From a virus (taxonomy: Duplodnaviria; Caudoviricetes): a stretch of 40,127 nt of DNA. Below, one piece after another: positions 25,407 to 35,300 of the stretch (its first letter is position 1; the number at the start of each line of letters is the position of its first letter). Where the stretch lies: positions 1 to 40,127 of IMG/VR virus record IMGVR_UViG_3300045000_000051, one strand, 5' to 3'. Below the pieces are notes generated by a model, which saw nothing but the letters and a program-made list of their open reading frames with translations, was not told where the DNA came from and did not search any database. The translations under genes and the position numbers were made by a program.

Positions 25407-25807
25407 CGAAGCGAGAGCGAAAGGCGCTCGAGAAGTACGTGCGGTGGGTAGCCGACGCGATGGAGCTGCGCGACTGGACGATCACGATCGACAACGACCC
25501 CTGCGCCGACGACCTCGAGGGCTCAGCCGTCTGCACGTTCAGCCAGCGGCACGTCACCATCGCGTTCGCGACGAACTTCCGCGATCGCGACCCGGCCGAC
25601 CAGCGCGAGACTGTCGTCCACGAACTGCTTCACGCTCACCATGAGGTGACCTGGAGGATGGTGCAGACCGACCTCGCGGGCGCGCTCGGGAAGCCCGTCT
25701 ACTACGTCTTTTGCGACAGCTACCGACGCGCGATGGAGTACACCGTCGACGCGCTCGCGAAGACGATCGCCAAGGCAATGCCGCTGATCGATTGGGGCGG
25801 CAAGTAA
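25403..25807 (+). CDS. Second HExxH zinc-metallopeptidase-like protein
   Basis: LRDWTITI...QRETVVHELLHAH...MEYTVD; GTGA coupled. Confidence 0.65.
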   Translation: MTKRERKALEKYVRWVADAMELRDWTITIDNDPCADDLEGSAVCTFSQRHVTIAFATNFRDRDPADQRETVVHELLHAHHEVTWRMVQTDLAGALGKPVYYVFCDSYRRAMEYTVDALAKTIAKAMPLIDWGGK

Positions 25808-25864
25808 CGAAGCGCTGACGGCGGGCGCTAGACCGCCGGGCTACTCAACAGAGAGGAACGCACG

Positions 25865-26587
25865 ATGACGCCGACCACGGCAGGAACACTCACGGACCGG
25901 GAGCGCGCCGCGCTCGCCGCCGGACAGGCATACCTCTACCGCGGCCGGATCGTGCCGATCATCAGCGGCGGCGAGGAGACCGAGGAAGAGAAGGCCGCCC
26001 GTGAGACCGCAGAGGCCGCTGCCGCGGCAGCGGCGAAGGACAAGACGTTCACGCAGGCCGACGTCGACCGGATCGTCCAGGAGCGCGTCGCGCGCGCCAA
26101 GGCGACGCCGCCCGAGGACTACGAGGCCCTCAAGGCCTCCGCGGCCGAGCTCGAGCAGATCAAGGAAGCGAACAAGTCCGACCTCGAGAAGGAGAAGGCG
26201 CGCGCCGACAAGGCCGAAGCCGCGGCGAAGGCCGCGACAGAGGCGGCGAAGGAGACGACGCTGCGCTCCGCGATCGTCGCCGAGGCAGCACGCAAGAACA
26301 TCGTCGACCCGGACGCCGCGCTCGCGCTGCTCGACCGCACCACCCTGACGCTGGACGACAGCGGCGCCCCCACCAACCTCGCCGAGGCGATGGACTCACT
26401 CCTGACGGCCAAGCCGTACCTGGCCGGTGGAGGCACACGCACCCCGGGTGCGGCAGACCAGGGAGCTCGCGTCGGCGGCGGTAGCGGCGTCGAGCAGCTC
26501 GCATCGACCGACGGCATGTCGGCCGATCAGATCGCGGCGGCGCTCGCCGAGGGCCGCCTGGACACATACCTGAGCACTCCGAAGTAA
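25865..26587 (+). CDS. Capsid scaffolding protein
   Basis: KTFTQADVDRIVQERVAR, DYEALK, coiled coil, KPYL; precedes the capsid gene. Confidence 0.85.
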   Translation: MTPTTAGTLTDRERAALAAGQAYLYRGRIVPIISGGEETEEEKAARETAEAAAAAAAKDKTFTQADVDRIVQERVARAKATPPEDYEALKASAAELEQIKEANKSDLEKEKARADKAEAAAKAATEAAKETTLRSAIVAEAARKNIVDPDAALALLDRTTLTLDDSGAPTNLAEAMDSLLTAKPYLAGGGTRTPGAADQGARVGGGSGVEQLASTDGMSADQIAAALAEGRLDTYLSTPK

Positions 26588-26609
26588 CCCCTTCCACAAG
26601 GAGCAATGA

Positions 26610-27455
26610 ATGTCTGTCGATACCTTCAAGCCGGAGGTCTGGGCCGCCCAAATCCTCTCTTCGCTCAAGAAGGCGCTCGCCTACGGCGACGTCGTCAACA
26701 GCGACTACGAGGGCGACATCAACGAGTACGGCGACACCGTCACGGTGAACTCCGTCTCGCGGCCCACGATCAACACGTACGTCCCGGGCGTCACGGTGAT
26801 CTCGCCCGAGCAGCAGCAGACGGTGCAGCGGAAGCTGCTCATCGACCAGGCGAAGTTCTTCGCCTTCGAGATCGACGACGTCGACAAGCGGCAGGCGCGC
26901 AGCAGCCTCCTGCCGGAGCTGCTGTCGGAGTCCGCCTATGGGCTGGCCGACAAGGTCGACCAGTTCCTCGCCGGCCTCTACACCGGCGTCATCGCGGCGA
27001 ACGCGCTCGGCATCATCCCGGTCACGGCCGCAACCCCGCTGACGGCGTACGACAACGTCCTCGTGCCGCTGAAGGTCAAGCTCGACGAGGCGAACGTCCC
27101 GACGCAGGGCCGCTGGTGCGTCATCCCGCCGTGGTTCCACGGCCGCATGCTCCGCGACGACCGCTTCATCCGCGCCGACGCGAGCGGCAAGCCGGCCGCG
27201 TCGATCAACGGCAAGGTCGGCGAGGCGGCGGGCTTCGACATCCGCATGTCGAACAACACGCCGTTCCCCGGAGGCGACGACAACATCGTCATCGCCGGCT
27301 ACAAGGGCGCGATCTCGTACGCGCAGCAGATCAACTCGGTCGAGGCGTACCGGCCGCAGGACAGCTTCGGCGACGCCGTCAAGGGCCTCCAGCTGTACGG
27401 CGGCAAGCTGATGCGCCCGGACGGCATCGTGACCTGCCAGGCGTCGCAGACGTAA
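26610..27455 (+). CDS. Major capsid protein
   Basis: FKPEVWAAQIL, DYEGDI..GDTV, IDQAK, GFDIRMSNN, GLQLYG; AAGGAG RBS. Confidence 0.9.
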   Translation: MSVDTFKPEVWAAQILSSLKKALAYGDVVNSDYEGDINEYGDTVTVNSVSRPTINTYVPGVTVISPEQQQTVQRKLLIDQAKFFAFEIDDVDKRQARSSLLPELLSESAYGLADKVDQFLAGLYTGVIAANALGIIPVTAATPLTAYDNVLVPLKVKLDEANVPTQGRWCVIPPWFHGRMLRDDRFIRADASGKPAASINGKVGEAAGFDIRMSNNTPFPGGDDNIVIAGYKGAISYAQQINSVEAYRPQDSFGDAVKGLQLYGGKLMRPDGIVTCQASQT

Positions 27456-27499
27456 CCGTCGGCGATCCGACCTGACCCTCTGAACAAGGAGCCACACGA

Positions 27500-27865
27500 A
27501 TGGCACGCACTCTCCTCACCGTCACGGATCTCGTGGCGAACGCCAGCGTCGCGGAACCGGCCGGCAACGCGGTCGACGTCGCGAACGGCCACTACGTGCC
27601 CGGCAGCGTCCCGCTCGAGGAACTCGTCATCGACGTGAACCAGACGTTCGCCGGCGCGAAGAACATCACGATCAAGGCGGGCGCGAACCCGCCGGCGCTC
27701 GCCGCCGGCCAGGGCGACCTCGTCATCGCGATCAACGCCGCGACCCGGCGCATCGGCCCGTTCACATCCGCGCGGTTCTCGCAGGCCGACGGGTCGCTCT
27801 GGATCGACCTCGAGGCGGGCACCACCGGCACGATCAAGGCCATCCACATGCCGAGGACGGCGTAG
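27500..27865 (+). CDS. Small beta-rich virion protein (decoration-like)
   Basis: AAGGAG RBS; follows the capsid gene; IGPF motif. Confidence 0.6.
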   Translation: MARTLLTVTDLVANASVAEPAGNAVDVANGHYVPGSVPLEELVIDVNQTFAGAKNITIKAGANPPALAAGQGDLVIAINAATRRIGPFTSARFSQADGSLWIDLEAGTTGTIKAIHMPRTA

Positions 27866-27867
27866 CG

Positions 27868-28227
27868 ATGGGCACCATCGTTAAGCTCCGCGGTGAAGGC
27901 AGCGTCGTCTGGGAGTTCGAGCTCCCACTGTCCGAGGTGTTCGCCGACCAGGTGCGCGACCGCAAGCTCGTCCCCGTCGACGACGACTCGTATGCGGCGA
28001 TCGCCGACCTGCTCACCGGCCCCGCCGGCGTGGAGGCGGCCCCGGCCGACGGCGAGCAGGGCGTCGAGCCGCCGGTCGAGAAGCCGCTCGGCGAGATGAA
28101 GCTCACCGAGCTCATCGAGCACGCCGAGCAGATCGGCGTCGATCCGGAGACGCTCGCGTCGCTGCGGAAGAACGGGACGTCGAAGGCGAAGGCCATCGCC
28201 GCGATCACCGCGAAGGCCGCGGAGTAA
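27868..28227 (+). CDS. Hypothetical virion-associated protein with C-terminal helix-extension-helix-like motif
   Basis: LGEMKLTELIEHAEQIGV...SKAKAIAAI. Confidence 0.6.
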   Translation: MGTIVKLRGEGSVVWEFELPLSEVFADQVRDRKLVPVDDDSYAAIADLLTGPAGVEAAPADGEQGVEPPVEKPLGEMKLTELIEHAEQIGVDPETLASLRKNGTSKAKAIAAITAKAAE

Positions 28228-28236
28228 CGGGCGAGG

Positions 28237-28845
28237 GTGGCGCAGTTTGCGACAGCGGCCGAGCTGGGCGACCGGCTCGGCCTCACCCTCACCAACGCAG
28301 AGATCACGCGCGCAAACGCGCTGCTCACGCTCGCATCCGGGCTGATCCAGGACGGGACGAAGCAGACGATCTCTCTCGTCACCGGCGAGGTGTTCACGCG
28401 GAAGGGCGACTACCCGAACCGCATCCGGCTGCCGCAACGGCCCGTCGTCTCCGTCGCGAGCGTCACCCTCGACGGGGTAGCGCTCGTCGCGGGGACAGAC
28501 TTCTATCTCGACGGCGACGAGCTCGTCCGGATGAACGCGCTACCGCAGGCGTCGTTCGGGCTGCCGAACTCCGGCTGGGGCTACCCGTGGAAAGACATTG
28601 TCGTCACGTACACGCACGGATACGCGACGATCGCGATCCCGACCCTCGTGAAGACCGTCTGCATGGAGATGGTCACCCGGGTGTGGGTGAACCCGGGCAG
28701 CGTCATTCAGGAGGCCGTCGCCGGCACCCAGGTCACCTACGCGCCGTACAGCGCGCCGCCGCGCGGGCTTCTGCTCACCAAGGCGGAGAAGGCCGAGCTG
28801 AACGAACTGCTGCGCCGTCGTGCCGGCTCGATCGGGCTTCGATGA
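28237..28845 (+). CDS. Head-to-tail adaptor
   Basis: FATAAEL, LPQRPVVSVASV, VTYTHGY, NPGSVIQE, LLLTKAEKAEL. Confidence 0.8.
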   Translation: MAQFATAAELGDRLGLTLTNAEITRANALLTLASGLIQDGTKQTISLVTGEVFTRKGDYPNRIRLPQRPVVSVASVTLDGVALVAGTDFYLDGDELVRMNALPQASFGLPNSGWGYPWKDIVVTYTHGYATIAIPTLVKTVCMEMVTRVWVNPGSVIQEAVAGTQVTYAPYSAPPRGLLLTKAEKAELNELLRRRAGSIGLR

Positions 28846-29198
28846 GTCTCGTCTCCTCCCGGCTGTCGCTCACCCACCTGGTCACCATCCAGCGGGACGC
28901 GAGCGCAGGCGTCGACGGCGGCTGGGGCAACCCCGACGTGCCGAACTGGCAGCCCTACCTCGTTGGTGTGCCGTGTCGCGCCTGGGCGACCGCCGGCCAC
29001 GAAACCATCAACGAGACCACGAACGTCGTGGTGGAGGAGGTGCGGCTGATCGTTCCGCTCGGCACCGACGTGACGGAGCAGGATCGTCTCGGCGACATCA
29101 CACACCGCGGCGCCGTCTTCCTCGCAGGCCCGACCGGGATTCGGGCGGTGCTCCGCCACGCAGACCACCTCGACCTCGTCCTCGTGAGGATCTCCTGA
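28842..29198 (+). CDS. Head-to-tail stopper / head closure protein
   Basis: MSLVSSRLSLTHLVTIQR...GWGNP...VPCRAW...GTDVTEQDR; synteny. Confidence 0.72.
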   Translation: MSLVSSRLSLTHLVTIQRDASAGVDGGWGNPDVPNWQPYLVGVPCRAWATAGHETINETTNVVVEEVRLIVPLGTDVTEQDRLGDITHRGAVFLAGPTGIRAVLRHADHLDLVLVRIS

Positions 29199-29551
29199 TG
29201 GCGTCGCGCGCCCGGCTCGACTGGGACGGTGAAGGTCTGCTCGCCCGCGTCGCCGAGGCCGCAAGGCTGTCGATCGACGAGACGACGCAGGAGACCGACG
29301 ACGACGCGTCCGTGTCGCATCCGTGGGTCAACCGGGACGGCCGCCTCGAAGCGAACATCGTCACCGCACGCGCGCGCCGCATCGGGAGGAGCCGGCTCGT
29401 CGGCCGGATCGGCTACACGAAGAAGCAGGGCTTCTACGGGCTCTTTCATGACGAAGGGACGACGCACGAGTTCGCGCGCCCGACGCTGCGGCCCGCCGGC
29501 GACAGGAGCTTCCCGACGCTCGCGTCGAAGATCCGGCGGAGACTCTCGTGA
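29198..29551 (+). CDS. HK97 gp10-like tail completion protein
   Basis: RDGRLEANI...YGLFHDEGT...ARPTLRPA. Confidence 0.7.
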   Translation: MASRARLDWDGEGLLARVAEAARLSIDETTQETDDDASVSHPWVNRDGRLEANIVTARARRIGRSRLVGRIGYTKKQGFYGLFHDEGTTHEFARPTLRPAGDRSFPTLASKIRRRLS

Positions 29552-29970
29552 GCGTCGACCCGGTCGAGGCCGTCCGCTTCGTCCTGCGGGCCGACGCGGC
29601 CCTCGCCAAGCGTGTCGCGACACGGATCATGGGCGGCGAGCTGCCGGAGGCAGACACGAAGAACATGCCGAGGGCGTGCATCGTGTTGAAGCCTGCAGGC
29701 GGTCCCGGCGGGCCGGGCGGCGGCTACCAGGACTACGGGAAAACCCGCATAGACGTCATCTGCTACGGCGAGTCCATCCACGAGTCGTGGCTCGTCTACC
29801 TCGCCGCCTACGACGTGCTCAAGGCGATCAGGCGCGTCAAGTCCGCGGGCGTCCTCGTTCACTCGGCTGAGGTGTCGTCGAAGGGCTCGACGGCACGGGA
29901 TCCGGTGAAGCAGTGGCCGGTCACCTACAGCTCGTGGCTCGTGCTGCACTCCGAAGTCGCAGCCGCGTAG
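29548..29970 (+). CDS. Tail terminator-like protein
   Basis: LAKRVATRI, RIDVICYG; synteny. Confidence 0.7.
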   Translation: MSVDPVEAVRFVLRADAALAKRVATRIMGGELPEADTKNMPRACIVLKPAGGPGGPGGGYQDYGKTRIDVICYGESIHESWLVYLAAYDVLKAIRRVKSAGVLVHSAEVSSKGSTARDPVKQWPVTYSSWLVLHSEVAAA

Positions 29971-30012
29971 CGCGGCCCACCCCGCTCTACCCCTCTCCAG
30001 GAAGGAAGCTAG

Positions 30013-30357
30013 ATGGCAACTGTCGTCCTGAACCCGGACGTGGTCACCGAGGCTGCAATTGCCGCCACCTACACCGGCGGCCTCTCCCTCGCGAACACGT
30101 ACAAGTTCCGCAACAACGGCAAGACGATCCTGCACTTCAAAAAGACCGGTGCCGGGATCTGCGCCGTCACCGTCGCAACGGCGCAAGTCGTCCGCGGCCA
30201 CGCGGTCGCGAACGTGCCGTTCAACGTCCCCGCCGCCGTCGGGGACGTGTTCGTCGGCCCGTTCTCCCCCGACCTCTACAACGACGCCAACAACGACGTC
30301 AGCTTCACCCTGTCGGAGATCACCGGCCTGACCGTCGCCGTGGTGCAGCAGCCATGA
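30013..30357 (+). CDS. Small beta-rich virion protein, apparent paralog of 27500..27865
   Basis: AAGGAAG RBS; FRNNGK, FVGPFSPDLYND. Confidence 0.65.
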   Translation: MATVVLNPDVVTEAAIAATYTGGLSLANTYKFRNNGKTILHFKKTGAGICAVTVATAQVVRGHAVANVPFNVPAAVGDVFVGPFSPDLYNDANNDVSFTLSEITGLTVAVVQQP

Positions 30358-30683
30358 CGCGGATCCGGTACGACAGCCCCGGCCTGCTGAAGCTCAGCGA
30401 GACGCTGACCCTCGGCATCGGCAGCGAAGCCGACGTCGACGACGAGCTCGCGCAGCTGCTGCTGGCGAGCCCGGACATCTACGGGATCGTCGCCGTCCTT
30501 GACGAGACGGCCCCGACCTGGCCGACCACCCACGACGCCCTCGACGCGCTCGCGGCCAAGCTCGCGGTCACGTTCCCGCCACCGGCGGCAGGCAAGCAGA
30601 GGCTCAGCGTCGGCGAGAAAGTCGCCGCGCTCGAAGCCGCAGGGCACACGCCCGCGGACATCAACCCGAAGGAGAGCGAGTAA
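30354..30683 (+). CDS. Hypothetical protein
   Basis: ATGA coupled; MTRIRYDSPG... Confidence 0.55.
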   Translation: MTRIRYDSPGLLKLSETLTLGIGSEADVDDELAQLLLASPDIYGIVAVLDETAPTWPTTHDALDALAAKLAVTFPPPAAGKQRLSVGEKVAALEAAGHTPADINPKESE

Positions 30684-30686
30684 GCC

Positions 30687-31253
30687 ATGGCAGCCCCCTA
30701 CGAGATCGTCGCGGCGCCCCTCACGGTGTTCGTCGCCCCCGTCGGTACCGTGTTCCCGCTCGTCAACGCCGCCCCGCCCGGCGCATGGTTCCAGCTGGGC
30801 GCGTCCGGCACGAAGAACTACGGCGAGAAGGGCGTCACCGTCTCGCATCCGCAGCAGATCAACAAGTTCACACCGGCCGGCGGCACCGCCGCCCGGAAGG
30901 CGTGGCGCACCGGCGAGCAGTTCCTGATCGACTTCGAGCTCGCCGACCTGACGATCGAGCAGTACGCCAAGACGCTGAACGACGCCCTCGTCACCACGAC
31001 CGTCGGCCCGCCTGCAACGAAGGACATCAACCTGCTGCAGGGGATCACGGTGAAGAACTACGCGCTCCTCGCCCGCGGTGTCTCCTCGGTCAACGAGGCG
31101 CTGCCGTGCCAGTACCAGGTGCCGATCGTGTTCCAGGCGGCGTCCCCCGCCCCGGTCCACTCCAAGAGCGCGCCGGCGATGCTCGCCTGCCAGTTCGAGG
31201 CGCTCGACGATCTGGCCCTCGGGTTCGGCAAGCTCGTCGTGCAGACGGCGTAA
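30687..31253 (+). CDS. Major tail (tube) protein
   Basis: VFVAPVGT.FP, WFQLG, GVTV; size and position before the chaperones. Confidence 0.82.
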   Translation: MAAPYEIVAAPLTVFVAPVGTVFPLVNAAPPGAWFQLGASGTKNYGEKGVTVSHPQQINKFTPAGGTAARKAWRTGEQFLIDFELADLTIEQYAKTLNDALVTTTVGPPATKDINLLQGITVKNYALLARGVSSVNEALPCQYQVPIVFQAASPAPVHSKSAPAMLACQFEALDDLALGFGKLVVQTA

Positions 31254-31259
31254 CCCGCC

Positions 31260-31463
31260 GTGTCCAGCGACCGCGTCACAGCCGCCCTTCAGGGCACGGC
31301 ACAGACGCTCCAAGTCGCAGCCCGCGCGCACAAGCAGGCCGAGTCCCAGCACCGACGGCAGGCCCGCACCCTCATGCGTCAGCTCGAAGAGCTGCGGCAG
31401 GCGTGCGCGGAGCGCGGCATCCAACTCGAAATCGACACAGAGCCGGGAGGCCCACAGTCATGA
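31260..31463 (+). CDS. Small coiled-coil hypothetical protein
   Basis: Helical composition; ATGA coupled to the chaperone gene. Confidence 0.55.
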   Translation: MSSDRVTAALQGTAQTLQVAARAHKQAESQHRRQARTLMRQLEELRQACAERGIQLEIDTEPGGPQS

Positions 31464-31933
31464 GCGAAGAGATCCTCAACCTGTCCACGATCGTCGAGCG
31501 CTCGACCGTCAACATCACCGCGAAGAGGAACGCGAAGGCGAAGCCGACGGAGAAGCTGTACGAGCTGCGCAACACCGCCGACATCGGCCCGTACGAGTAC
31601 GCGTCGATCCTTCACGGCAGCCAGGAAGTCGAGCGGCTCCGTGCGCTGAAGAAGCTGACGGCGGCCCAGGAGCGGCAGGTGAAGAAGCTCCTCGACGACA
31701 CGGTGAAGCTGGTCTTCATGACGCCGCTCGAGCCGTACGTGCTGGCGGCGCTGACGGAGCAGCAGAAGGAAATGATCGTGTTCACCTGGGCGGCGCATGT
31801 CCGGGGAGCGGCCGAGGGAAACGCGGAGCCGAACCGGCGGAGCCGACGGACTACGGCCGCCTCATCCCGCGGCTCCAAGCGTTCTACGGCGGCGACCCAG
31901 AAGCGTGGTTCCACCTCCCAGCGTGGATCCTGA
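31460..31933 (+). CDS. Tail assembly chaperone (gpG-like)
   Basis: GGGAGG RBS; between major tail and tape measure; contains the G GGA AAC slippery site. Confidence 0.8.
   Translation: MSEEILNLSTIVERSTVNITAKRNAKAKPTEKLYELRNTADIGPYEYASILHGSQEVERLRALKKLTAAQERQVKKLLDDTVKLVFMTPLEPYVLAALTEQQKEMIVFTWAAHVRGAAEGNAEPNRRSRRTTAASSRGSKRSTAATQKRGSTSQRGS
31816..31822 (+). other. Programmed -1 frameshift site
   Basis: G GGA AAC in X XXY YYZ phase; the -1 frame stays open to 32169. Confidence 0.8.
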
Positions 31934-32169
31934 AGGCGTACACGGAGATGCTTCCGCAGCTTCAGGCTGAGCAGCAGGTTCGGTCGATCGAGGCTGCGTC
32001 GGTGCCGCACATGACCAGCGGCGGTCACCGCGAGGTGATGCGGGGCTACCAGCACATCCTTGGCGGCGAAACGAGGGCGGCGCGCGCGTCCAGCGTCGAC
32101 CTGGCCGCAATGGGGATCGCCGTCGAGTACGTGGGCGCTGACGGCCTGCCCGCCAGGGAGGAATCATGA
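31816..32169 (+). CDS. Frameshift extension of the tail assembly chaperone (gpGT-like)
   Basis: -1 frame ...LIPRLQAFYGGDPEAWFHLPAWILKAY...DLAAMGIAVEYV; no independent start. Confidence 0.75.
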   Translation, partial: GKRGAEPAEPTDYGRLIPRLQAFYGGDPEAWFHLPAWILKAYTEMLPQLQAEQQVRSIEAASVPHMTSGGHREVMRGYQHILGGETRAARASSVDLAAMGIAVEYVGADGLPAREES

Positions 32170-32387
32170 ACGTCGGAAGGATCGAGTACGCACCAAACTA
32201 CGGCAGGTACACGCCCTTCGTCCCTAATCGCGTGGGGCCAGTTTCTGGCCAGGCCAAGTGCAGGTGCGCCGCCACGAAGGCGAAGCGCGCAACCAGCCGT
32301 GATCTCGCGGCTATGGGCATCACGGTCGAGTACGTCAACGCAGACGGCGTCCCCGTCGACGCCGACGAGACGGAGGGCAACTCGTGA
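32166..32387 (+). CDS. Small protein whose C-terminus duplicates that of the gpGT-like extension
   Basis: GGAGG RBS; coupled on both sides; DLAAMGITVEYVNADG. Confidence 0.55.
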   Translation: MNVGRIEYAPNYGRYTPFVPNRVGPVSGQAKCRCAATKAKRATSRDLAAMGITVEYVNADGVPVDADETEGNS

Positions 32388-35300
32388 GCGAGTCACTCGG
32401 CAAGGCCGTACTCGACCTGGAAGCGAATCTAGAGCCGCTCGAAACGGGCATGAAGCGTGGCCGCTCAACGGTCAACGAGATGCAGCACTCCCTCGACGCG
32501 CTCGCTGCCGTCTCGAACATGGCGACGGAGCAGCTGCAAAAGATCCGAATGAAGGCGGATCAGGCGGCGGAGACCGCCGGCGTGTCGGACAAGATGAAGC
32601 GGTCGCTTGCCGGGATCAGCGCTGAGGCGGAGCGGGCGCGCGCCGACATTGAGCGGGTGAAGATCGGTGCCGGCCAGGCTGCGGAGTCGACGGCTGCGGG
32701 TGACCGGATCGAGCGGAAGCTGAAGGGGATCACCGGCGAGGCGAACGAGGCGCGCCGGGCGGTCGAATCGGTGCGGCTCGCCGGGATGGGCGCCGGTGGC
32801 GCGGGCGGCGGTGGCGGATTCGTCCCCGGTGGCGGTGGGGGCGGCAACCCGGGCGTCGGTGTCGGCCCGTTCGGATCCGGCTTCGGACGGATCGGTTTGC
32901 TTGGCGCGGCGATCGGCGGCGGGACGCTGCTCGGCCCCGCAGCCGGACCCGGCGCGCTCGGCCTGCTCGCCGCCATCCCCGTGCTCGCCACATCGGGGGC
33001 GGGGGCGCTCGGTACGCTCGCGCTCGCGTTTCAGGGCGTCGGGAAGGCGATCGGCGGCGACAAGAAGGCTTTCGACGACCTCGGCAAGTCGGCGCAGGGG
33101 TTCGTCCTCACCGTGCGGTCGCTGGACGGCTGGTTCGACAAGCTGAAAGAGACCGCCGGGGCATCGATGTTTCCTGGGCTGACGACAGGGTTGAAGTCTG
33201 CGTTGTCGCCGGGGACGCTCGCCGCGATCACGACCGCGGTGCAGCAGTTCGGCCATGCGATCGGCGTCGCGGGCGTCACGTGGGGCCGCTACTTCGGCTC
33301 GGCGGAGTTCCAGTCGATCTTCGGGCCGCTGATGGCGAGCGGCGCACACAACCTCATCCTGATGTCGAGTGCGGCACTGCATCTCACGGATGCGATCGGC
33401 GTCCTCGGCCGTGCCGCGATCCCGCTCACCAGTTGGATGGTGCAGGGCATCGACGCAGGGTCACGCTGGGCCTCCTCCTGGATGCGCGCGAAGGAGGCGA
33501 CCGGCGGGCTCGGGCACGCGATGGACGAAGCGAAGACCTCGCTGCAGCTCGTCGGCGGCCTCCTCGCATCCCTGCTCCACGCCGTCGGTGCGCTCGGCGG
33601 CGCCCTCTACCCGGTCTCGAAGGTCGCCGTCAAGGATCTAACCGACGGGCTCAACGCCCTGGCGGGGATCATCGAGCGGAACAAGCAGACGATCCGTGAC
33701 GTTGTCGGTGGGGCGCTCGCCGCGTTCGTAGCGACCGTGAAGGCCGCCGCCGGTGTGGTGCGGACACTCTGGCCCCTCCTCGCGAAGGTCGCCGATCTGC
33801 TCGGCGGCTGGAAAACCACCTTCGAGATCCTGATCGGGCTGAAGATCGCTTCGCTCGTGAACGGTTGGGCGATGTCGTTCGCGAAGCTCGCCGGGATGGA
33901 GGCGCTCGGCGGCGCATCTCTGCAGTCGGGGACGCTGCTCGCGAACCTCACCAAGTTGAAGCTGCTCGGGCCGATCGCGATCTCGATCGCGATCATGCGG
34001 CAGATCCTTGGGTCGGGCACAGGCTGGGATCTGTCGGAGCCGACCGCGGCCGATGTGGTTCGAGGCGACAACCCGTACCCCGTCGGCAGCTCGCTCGCGG
34101 ATGCATGGGCGGCCGGGCGGTCGGGGAAGAAGACGTTCCAGGGGCATGTGCCGCAGCCGGCCGCAGCGAACGGCGGCGACTTCGGCACCCCACAAGGGTT
34201 GCCGGCGAACCTGCTGGCAGCGTTCCGGGCCGGCGCCGCCGCAGCGAAGAAGACCGGCGGCGGCTCTTCGTCTACGTCCTCAACGTTCACCGGCTCGGTG
34301 CAGGGCGAGTCGTCGACGCTCGTTGCGGCGCTCGAGGGGCTGTCGAAGTACTACGACAGCGCGAAGATCAACGTGATTTCCGGCGCCCGGTCGACGGAGA
34401 AGCAGCAGGCGTTGTGGGATGCGTCGGTGCGGGCCGGTCATCCGGGCCGGATGCCGAACGGGAACCCGATCGCGCGGCCGGGCACATCGCCGCACGAGTC
34501 CGGCAACGCGCTCGACGGCACGATCATGATCAAGGGGAAGGCGGTGCCGCTGAGCTCGTTGCCGCAGTCGGTGCTCGCACGGTTCGGGCTGGAAACCGTC
34601 GCCGGGGATGTCAACCATGTGCAGCTCGCCGCCGGTGCGACGGGCGACACGACGTCGCCGTTCGGCGCCGAGCCGCCGTGGACGAAGAACGTGCCGAAGC
34701 CGAAGAAGATCCCGTGGAAGGGCGCGACCGAGGCGGCGATCATCACCGCCAAGGGACGCGTCGCAGCCATCCTTGAAGCTCTTCCGGATGCCCTCGACGC
34801 GACCGAGCTGAACGCGGTCAGGCACATTGAGGCGCTCCGCGACAAGCTCCACATCCACATGAGCGCCGCCGACCTCGCGAAAGACAAGGTCGAGCTCGCC
34901 AAGTGGGGCAAGGTGCTCCACACGGAGATCCTCGCGAACGCGCGGAAGGCGGCTGAGGCGGCGGCCTACACGAAGGATCTCTTCAACCGCGCTTTGTCTC
35001 TCGACATGTCGCACGTTCTGCGCGACCAGCAGCGCGGGTTCAGGGAGCAGAGCAAAGCCTTCAACACCGAGACCTCACGGCATCTGAAGGACATGCAGAC
35101 GGCGTTCTCGGAGCAGAGCAAAGCCTTCAACACCGAGACGAGCCGGACGATCAAGGACATGCAGGTTGCGTTCGGGATCAAGAGCAAAGCCTTCAACACC
35201 GAGACGAGCCGGACGATCAAGGACATGCAGGTCGCGTTCTCGCGGCAGCTGAAGGAGTTCGATGAGGCAACGAAGCTGGGGCTCGGGAAGCTGGCGGCCC

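Noticed and set aside
26606-27475. Alternative plus-frame 289-aa ORF over the capsid gene
   Set aside because: Arg-rich off-frame translation; the 26610 frame carries the capsid motifs
32071-32354. Diversity-generating retroelement TR/VR pair
   Set aside because: The differences are not adenine-specific and no reverse transcriptase gene is in the window
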